DNA from: an uncultured virus (IMG/VR IMGVR_UViG_3300027719_000270) | Taxonomy: Duplodnaviria > Heunggongvirae > Uroviricota > Caudoviricetes | Strand: one strand, 5' to 3' | IMG/VR virus record: IMGVR_UViG_3300027719_000270 | Length of the DNA stretch: 64,000 nt | Shown here: positions 58,759 through 64,000 of the stretch, piece by piece | How positions within the stretch are numbered: position 1 is the first letter of the stretch | Layout of the letters: every line of letters starts with the position of its first letter | Made by a program: the position numbers and the translations under genes | The notes under the pieces: model-generated | Databases searched by the model: none | Told to the model about the DNA's origin: nothing | Seen by the model: only the letters and a program-made list of their open reading frames with translations

Positions 58759-59407
58759 ACTTGGGGCCTATACTTGACGGGCGCTCGCCGAACATCAGAG
58801 TTACGAGCTTGTCGAGTTTGATGTTTTTGCTTTCGCCGCCGAGGGCTACGCGTTTTGCCTCTTCGTTTTGCACAAACTCTATAAACATTTCAGCAGTTTG
58901 GCGGCGGAAGCGGTTTTTTTCCAAAGTCAACTTTTCGGCATTTTGGCGCAGGCGCTCTTCATCGTTTCGCAATTTGGCGCTTGCAACTTCGCCCGCGTGC
59001 AGGCCTTTTATAGCGTCGCAAAGGTTTAAGAGACGCTCGGGGTCATCCGCTGCACTTTCAAGCTCGTCCAAAACTTCAAGAACTTTGCCCGACACTATTG
59101 CCGCAGCGCCCGCCGCAAGGTTTTGCCCCTTTTGCGCAAGCTGGGTTGCGTATTTTGACAGCTCAATAGTGTCTTGCACCTGTTGGCGGCGGCTTAGCCA
59201 CTTTTGGTATTCGCCGCCTTTCCACGCCGAGAGATTCTGCGGCGTGATGTCTTCGCCGTTAAAGTGGTTCTGCAAAACCGAACGCACATCCTTGCGCGCA
59301 TTTAAATACGGCAGTATGTCCGCCGAGGTTTCGCCGTTATAAAGCCGCAGACAAACTTCGTTGCGCAAATCTGCGTTAAGGCGGGATATTTTACCGATGA
59401 GAGCCAT
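58751..59407 (-). CDS. DUF3486 / Mu gp27-like small terminase
   Basis: 'GKISRL..DLRNEV..RL..G', 'ITPQNLSAWK.G.YQKW'. Confidence 0.75.
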   Translation of the reverse strand: MALIGKISRLNADLRNEVCLRLYNGETSADILPYLNARKDVRSVLQNHFNGEDITPQNLSAWKGGEYQKWLSRRQQVQDTIELSKYATQLAQKGQNLAAGAAAIVSGKVLEVLDELESAADDPERLLNLCDAIKGLHAGEVASAKLRNDEERLRQNAEKLTLEKNRFRRQTAEMFIEFVQNEEAKRVALGGESKNIKLDKLVTLMFGERPSSIGPKYE

Positions 59408-59649
59408 TATTTATACCCTTTTGCGATTTCGTCCTCGATTTTAAGGCGAAAGGCCTTGTCGCTCCACCAGCGCTCTCCGTCGCGCTGCGTAATGTATGTA
59501 GAGCCGTCCGCAAGTTCAATCTTCTGTCCCTTCTTCAGGGTCAGGTATTCGGGCTGATAGACACTTAAGGAGCTTTTGCTGACGCTTGATGTCGCGGCGC
59601 AACCTGCGCACAAAGTCTGCATTAGCAGCAGGCTTATCAAGCTCGGCAT
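59407..59649 (-). CDS. Outer-membrane lipoprotein, o-spanin-like
   Basis: Lipobox 'LCAGC'; overlaps the 3' part of the i-spanin-like gene in another frame. Confidence 0.55.
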   Translation of the reverse strand: MPSLISLLLMQTLCAGCAATSSVSKSSLSVYQPEYLTLKKGQKIELADGSTYITQRDGERWWSDKAFRLKIEDEIAKGYK

Positions 59650-59788
59650 TAAGCGTTGCTTCAAGGTCGGCGCAGAGTTTTTTTTGTCGGTGCAGTTCAT
59701 CATCGTTATGCCTAAGCGTGTTAAAGTTAAAAATGGCTGCCAGCGCCGCGCATGCGTTTATTAAAAGCTTGAGCAGGCCGGCAGCCAT
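59516..59788 (-). CDS. i-spanin-like membrane-anchored coiled-coil protein
   Basis: N-terminal TM 'MAAGLLKLLINACAALAAIF' then helical domain. Confidence 0.5.
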   Translation of the reverse strand: MAAGLLKLLINACAALAAIFNFNTLRHNDDELHRQKKLCADLEATLNAELDKPAANADFVRRLRRDIKRQQKLLKCLSARIPDPEEGTED

Positions 59789-59792
59789 TTGT

Positions 59793-59987
59793 TTATTCCG
59801 CGTTTGTGGTTGCGGCGGTAGATTGGGCGTTTGCAGACGTAATAGTCTCAACGCCCTTTTTAACGCCTGCGGCGGCATCAACGTAGGTGTCCGTCGTGGC
59901 CGTGCCTGTCATAGTTTTAACCGTGCAGGCGCCGACCGAAGAGAGGATAATTCCTATACCGAGCAGCCATATTTGCCATGTTTTCAT
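59793..59987 (-). CDS. Small lipoprotein
   Basis: 'ILSSVGAC' lipobox-like, Thr/Ala-rich. Confidence 0.55.
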   Translation of the reverse strand: MKTWQIWLLGIGIILSSVGACTVKTMTGTATTDTYVDAAAGVKKGVETITSANAQSTAATTNAE

Positions 59988-59999
59988 GTGTTTCCTTTT

Positions 60000-60275
60000 T
60001 TAGGGTTGAATTCCGTAACGACGCTCAACAAACAAGCAGCCCTTGCTTGTTGCGCGGTAATAAAGCGTCGAGCCGAGGGTGTCCGGTTCTTCGCCGACAA
60101 GCCCTTCGTCTTTTAAAAATTGTAAAGCGTCTTTAACATCTTCAAGCGTCCAATCGGGATTTTCGCGCGCAAGGCGGCGGTGTATTGTGTCTGCGCATTG
60201 CGCAATGCGAGGCCTTGCCGCCAAATAGTCTATTGCGGCACCCCTGACTTCTTCGTTAGTTTTGCCCGTGCTCAT
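60000..60275 (-). CDS. Mu gp26-like winged-helix protein
   Basis: 'DVKDALQFLKDEGLV...YRATSKG'; position upstream of DUF3486. Confidence 0.55.
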   Translation of the reverse strand: MSTGKTNEEVRGAAIDYLAARPRIAQCADTIHRRLARENPDWTLEDVKDALQFLKDEGLVGEEPDTLGSTLYYRATSKGCLFVERRYGIQP

Positions 60276-60278
60276 AAT

Positions 60279-60665
60279 TTAGTCTTTTTTTTTCAATTCG
60301 CCCTCTAAGCGTCCTACGGACTTATTGATGTCTTGCAGTTCTTTATTGATTGACGTGTTCATCTTTCTGATTTCGTCAAAAATCTCCCGCGTGGTTTTTG
60401 CGTTGTATGACCGTATAGACTTAATCTCACCGTCCAAACGCACGCCCTCAAGGCGGTTTGCCTCTTCGTGCCGCAGAAAGTCCTGCTTGCTTAGATAGGT
60501 TTCATGCAGTGGCGGCTTTGTGCGCATTTTGTCCCAAATGAAAACCGCTGCTGCGGCTGCGCTCAGCAGGGAGCTTATGACGAGGACTACGACCCCTGTA
60601 TAAAAGTAGTCTGTTGTGGATGAGGCGGCTGATGTTAAATCCATAATTTTATGGCATTTTAACAT
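60279..60665 (-). CDS. Mu gp25/DUF2730-like membrane-anchored coiled-coil protein
   Basis: Single TM, coil ending 'VGRLEGEL'. Confidence 0.5.
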   Translation of the reverse strand: MLKCHKIMDLTSAASSTTDYFYTGVVVLVISSLLSAAAAAVFIWDKMRTKPPLHETYLSKQDFLRHEEANRLEGVRLDGEIKSIRSYNAKTTREIFDEIRKMNTSINKELQDINKSVGRLEGELKKKD

Positions 60666-60734
60666 CGCTCGGGGGCAAATGCAAACGGCGGTGGCAACGG
60701 TGGCACGGCTGGCGGATTTATTTTACGCAGACAC

Positions 60735-60761
60735 AAAAAAACCGCCCTCGAATGGGGCGGT
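60735..60761 (-). terminator. Rho-independent terminator after the cargo genes
   Basis: accgccc...gggcggt hairpin with A-run. Confidence 0.7.
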
Positions 60762-60785
60762 GGTAGGTAATTAGAAAAAATAAAT

Positions 60786-61301
60786 TTATTTGGGTAATAG
60801 TCGATCAGCTTCTTTTTTGATAGATACTTTTTCAAATTCATTTAAAATATAATCTTCAAGCGTTTCAAATGAGAATAATATATACAAAAATTGTATTAAT
60901 GAATATGTGAATAAAAAAGCCGCTATTGCGAAGATATAACCAGTGCCATACGCAGTGTTAGGGATAAAACCCAACACTCCCAAAAATAAGGCGGTAATGG
61001 TAAATAAAAGAACTAGATTGCTTAATTTTCTACTACAACACTCAGCCATGTTTTTCAGATTTCTGTATGTTGCGGGCGACACATTAATTTTCATAATGAG
61101 ATCGATAATTCGCACCCTTAAATTATATGCAGTAACGGAAAAGGCTGCCACGATGAATGCGACTTTTTGTCCTGCTCCAAATGGATCCATTTTATTATCA
61201 ATCCAAAACCCCCAAAAATAGAATGCTATAAAAGCGACTACGAGTCCCAATACAATTGAAATAGGGTGTCTATACAATCCGCCTTTAAATAATTTTCTCA
61301 T
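60786..61301 (-). CDS. Four-TM membrane protein (RexB-like effector candidate)
   Basis: Four hydrophobic segments; TAATG-coupled to the upstream gene. Confidence 0.55.
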   Translation of the reverse strand: MRKLFKGGLYRHPISIVLGLVVAFIAFYFWGFWIDNKMDPFGAGQKVAFIVAAFSVTAYNLRVRIIDLIMKINVSPATYRNLKNMAECCSRKLSNLVLLFTITALFLGVLGFIPNTAYGTGYIFAIAAFLFTYSLIQFLYILFSFETLEDYILNEFEKVSIKKEADRLLPK

Positions 61302-62272
61302 TACAATACTATACCACTTTTTATCGACTGAACAAGCCAGTCTGTTAGTTTTGATAAAGCGTCTTCTGTAGACAATATACCATCTCTTGCAAGTATTGCC
61401 CTGCTATCTGATATAGATAACTCATCACCGCTAATTTTCCCCTTGTTCTTTAAATTTATAGTAGTATCAAGATCTTCTATTTTCCCAAAAGAATTTGCCA
61501 ACGCCTGCATAAGTTCTTGTGAATCCTTCTTTTTACGACTCATATATTTTATATTTAACCCAACATATACTTTACCGGGATCTTCGGCTTCTGTTAATTT
61601 TTTTAGAACAGGATCTGCTCCCATTCCCAATCCGAGCAAAAGTGTTTCCAAGCAAGCCAATAAAGGTGGGTTCATTTTAATCTCCTTGAATGCCCGAACT
61701 TCTTGAGATTTAGTTGTATCTTCCTTAAAAAGATTACCTCCTACATGGAATGCGGTTATTTCTGACTCATTAAGCTTTTCTATAGCTTTTTTTGACGGTG
61801 GATTATTAAGTTCAATAATCGTTTTCGGTTCGAGTCGGGCTTTGGTATGAATCAACCAAATAAGAAAATCTCTGAAATCATTTATTGTAAGCTCTCTTGA
61901 CGCCATTATTGTCACATGGTTTTCACGTATTGCAAAGAACAATTCTTGTTCGCGAAGATTACAAGGTCTCCCTTTTGAATCTTTTGGCTCAATAATTTCT
62001 TCATGTACAACCCCGTCATCATTCATATCGATAAGTGGAATCTTTTTCCCTTCTTCATAAAGAGCCAACCTGCCGCAAAGACATCCCTGCTTATTGCATA
62101 TATGCGTTAACGCATGTACCGTTTTGTCTTGTAATTCTCTTTTTCTTGCGTTTGGGACGAGATCATGAGCTCTTTTGAAAAGATCCTCTAAATTGAAGTT
62201 TAGATCTGGAGTTGTGCCATTTAATCCAACCGCTCTACGATAATTTATTTTCTTTATTTTTACTTCGCCCAT
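61301..62272 (-). CDS. Soluble protein with RexA/RdgC-like pattern (sensor candidate)
   Basis: 'LFFAIRENHVTIMAS..LTINDFRDFL' resembles the lambda RexA core; AT-rich. Confidence 0.5.
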   Translation of the reverse strand: MGEVKIKKINYRRAVGLNGTTPDLNFNLEDLFKRAHDLVPNARKRELQDKTVHALTHICNKQGCLCGRLALYEEGKKIPLIDMNDDGVVHEEIIEPKDSKGRPCNLREQELFFAIRENHVTIMASRELTINDFRDFLIWLIHTKARLEPKTIIELNNPPSKKAIEKLNESEITAFHVGGNLFKEDTTKSQEVRAFKEIKMNPPLLACLETLLLGLGMGADPVLKKLTEAEDPGKVYVGLNIKYMSRKKKDSQELMQALANSFGKIEDLDTTINLKNKGKISGDELSISDSRAILARDGILSTEDALSKLTDWLVQSIKSGIVL

Positions 62273-62315
62273 AAGATTGTAATTTATATTGTTAAATTAT
62301 ACGACATTTGTAATT

Positions 62316-62465
62316 CTATCACCCTTTCAGCTCTGCAATCAAGCTTTTACGCTACTAACGTGAGACTTGTGCTCATTTTCTAAAGTGCTTAATGACGTGA
62401 GCAGGCGGTCTATAAAGTCGGCTATGGGGTCTTTGGGGAGGGTTTAAGTTCGCAATCGCAAACCA
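62316..62465 (-). pseudogene. Frameshifted duplicate of the 3' part of 63323-63580
   Basis: Aligns to 63323-63474 with two 1-nt deletions in T-runs. Confidence 0.8.
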
Positions 62466-62485
62466 TTGTAGCAACGCTTGCTATA

Positions 62486-62569
62486 TTATTTTCCCGGGTT
62501 AGGCTTCGGCGGCGTTCTTATGGGTTTAGCCGGAGGAATGCTTCTCTTTTCCGAATTATTGTCAGCCAT
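62486..62569 (-). CDS. 27-aa Pro-rich peptide MADNNSEKRSIPPAKPIRTPPKPNPGK (not in ORF track)
   Basis: ATG 62569 with GAGG SD, TAA at 62486; 2 nt after the previous stop. Confidence 0.5.
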   Translation of the reverse strand: MADNNSEKRSIPPAKPIRTPPKPNPGK

Positions 62570-62571
62570 AT

Positions 62572-62817
62572 CTATTTTTCCTCTGAAGAAGCCGTTTTGG
62601 AATTATTCTGCGGCTGGTCATTCGGTTTTCTTACTGCTTTCATTACAGGCGCAGAGTCCATCGCATAACTCTTAAAAATTGTTACTTCCGGCTGGTTTGC
62701 TTTCTCATGAGTCTTTCTTACCGCCGCCATTGGCGGGATTGAGTTTGCCACAACCATTATTTCCTTTGTTTTGTTTATGCTTTTTTGAACATTACCACTA
62801 TCGCCTTTATTACTCAT
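62572..62817 (-). CDS. Hydrophilic peptide with internal repeat
   Basis: 'NSIPPMAAVRK' and 'DSAPVMKAVRK'. Confidence 0.55.
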   Translation of the reverse strand: MSNKGDSGNVQKSINKTKEIMVVANSIPPMAAVRKTHEKANQPEVTIFKSYAMDSAPVMKAVRKPNDQPQNNSKTASSEEK

Positions 62818-63298
62818 AACCATTAACCCTTTCAGTTTTAATTGGTTTAGTTAAACCATTGTCCTTTTCTGTGCTGCAAAATTTTCCAAAAGAAAAAAGT
62901 AGTCCGATTGAAATTAGGGCTACGATAAAAGAAACTCTAATGAATATATTACACAAATCTGCGAATTTTCCGTAGCGATTTACGTTTTTTACAGCTGCCA
63001 TTCTTCCGTTTTCATCTAATTGATCATCATTTGCATCATAATGCGAATTACATGATATGGTAGCAACAATACAGGATACAACCTCAATGCCTACGCAGAA
63101 TAAAAATCCCCAAAAAGCAATATATAGAAAAATTTTATCAATTAGATTTGTAAATCTTGAGATAAAATCAATTTGGGTAAACATCAAAGCAATAGCACCG
63201 GAAGATACGCTAAGAATTAATTTAGATAAAAACAGAGAATTTTCCTCATATAAATGAAGGGAATATTGCCGCATTTGATTTTCTCTGTCTTCTTGCAT
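62810..63298 (-). CDS. Three-TM membrane protein
   Basis: Hydrophobic segments 'LILSVSSGAIAL', 'FLYIAFWGFLFCV', 'SFIVALISIGLLF'. Confidence 0.65.
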   Translation of the reverse strand: MQEDRENQMRQYSLHLYEENSLFLSKLILSVSSGAIALMFTQIDFISRFTNLIDKIFLYIAFWGFLFCVGIEVVSCIVATISCNSHYDANDDQLDENGRMAAVKNVNRYGKFADLCNIFIRVSFIVALISIGLLFSFGKFCSTEKDNGLTKPIKTERVNGYE

Positions 63299-63322
63299 AT
63301 TGGCGATTTTACAAAAAAATAC

Positions 63323-63580
63323 CTATTCCCCTTTCAGCTCTTCAATCAAGCTTTTTACGCTACTAACGTGAGACTTATGGGCGGTTTCTAAGGTGTTTAT
63401 GGACATTTGCAGACGGTCTATAAAGTCGGCTATGGGTTCTTTGGGGAGGGTTTTAAGTTCGCAATCGCAGACCACGTAGTCGGCGCCGTCTATGTTTATA
63501 ACATGTATAGCCTCTACGTCCCGCTTGCACTTTGGGCAGCGATAGGGAAACTTGAGGGGGATTTTTTTGCCTGAAACCAT
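63323..63580 (-). CDS. Small zinc-ribbon-like protein
   Basis: 'CPKC...CDC' then helix. Confidence 0.5.
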   Translation of the reverse strand: MVSGKKIPLKFPYRCPKCKRDVEAIHVINIDGADYVVCDCELKTLPKEPIADFIDRLQMSINTLETAHKSHVSSVKSLIEELKGE

Positions 63581-63583
63581 GGG

Positions 63584-63898
63584 CTACTTTTGCTTTAATG
63601 CTTTTAGAATCTCGGCGTTTGACGCCTCAATGCGTGAGGCAGACTTGCATAATTGAGAGAGCGCAAGCAAAAGGGCCGCCGCAAGCAGGCTTGAAACAAG
63701 CGCGGATATCCCCCAGCCCTGCAATTTTGCTATGCTTAAAAATATGCACGCAAAAACGCCCGAGAGCATTTGCAAAACCGCAAAAACGTTCAGGATAAGG
63801 CAAATTGATGGTGCTTTATTGGGGTTTGACTGTTGCGCGTACTTTGAGGGATTTGGATTAAGTCCCAAGTTCTCAAGATCTGAATCAAGGTTTTTCAT
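63584..63898 (-). CDS. Two-TM membrane protein
   Basis: Two hydrophobic helices and C-terminal coil. Confidence 0.55.
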   Translation of the reverse strand: MKNLDSDLENLGLNPNPSKYAQQSNPNKAPSICLILNVFAVLQMLSGVFACIFLSIAKLQGWGISALVSSLLAAALLLALSQLCKSASRIEASNAEILKALKQK

Positions 63899-64000
63899 GT
63901 CGGCTTCCTTTTTTATTGGGGCGGATTTTTTTTGCCCATTTTATTCAAATTTTCTAGAGGCCTTCAATTCTTCTATCTTAAGCTCTATATCGTGAATATC

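Larger units (their letters stand above)
53480..64000 (-). mobile_element. Mu-like (transposable) prophage arm; continues beyond the window
   Basis: DUF3486, Mu-type terminase and DUF935 portal, Dam in the mom-like terminal position, TG end with repeats. Confidence 0.8.

Noticed and set aside
58665..60116. Long plus-strand ORFs (225 aa, 176 aa) opposite the Mu-like genes
   Set aside because: Antisense shadows of motif-supported minus-strand genes.

Overview
The window has four parts. (1) 1-~28,850: the right-hand part of a temperate siphovirus-like prophage on the + strand. It carries recombination/replication genes, a C5 DNA methyltransferase, RusA, a helicase, a primase-helicase followed by an iteron-rich origin-like region, a lambda-type terminase and portal, a Mu-type protease/scaffold, capsid and tail genes, a block of exported proteins, a tail chaperone with a candidate -1 frameshift, and a tape measure protein. 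It ends at an att-like copy of a tmRNA/tRNA-Ala 3' end. (2) ~28,850-32,130: a few host genes, including an aldo/keto reductase, and tRNA-Asn(GTT). (3) ~32,160-53,450: an AT-rich island behind the tRNA made of two related Rhs cassettes. The first is decayed (truncated DSR-type SIR2 gene joined to an internal Rhs fragment, two serpins, a mauE remnant). The second is intact (four signal-peptide proteins, a Sec-signal Rhs toxin, a putative immunity gene, and a convergent DUF1573-rhodanese-MauE/DoxX trio). (4) ~53,480-64,000: one arm of a Mu-like transposable prophage on the - strand, with a Dam methylase, DUF935 portal, split terminase, DUF3486, a spanin-like pair, and AT-rich cargo including a RexAB-like pair and a membrane-protein/repeat-peptide module. 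The protein families suggest a PVC-superphylum (Verrucomicrobiota/Opitutales-like) host; this is inference. All calls come from motif reading by eye; no database searches were run.
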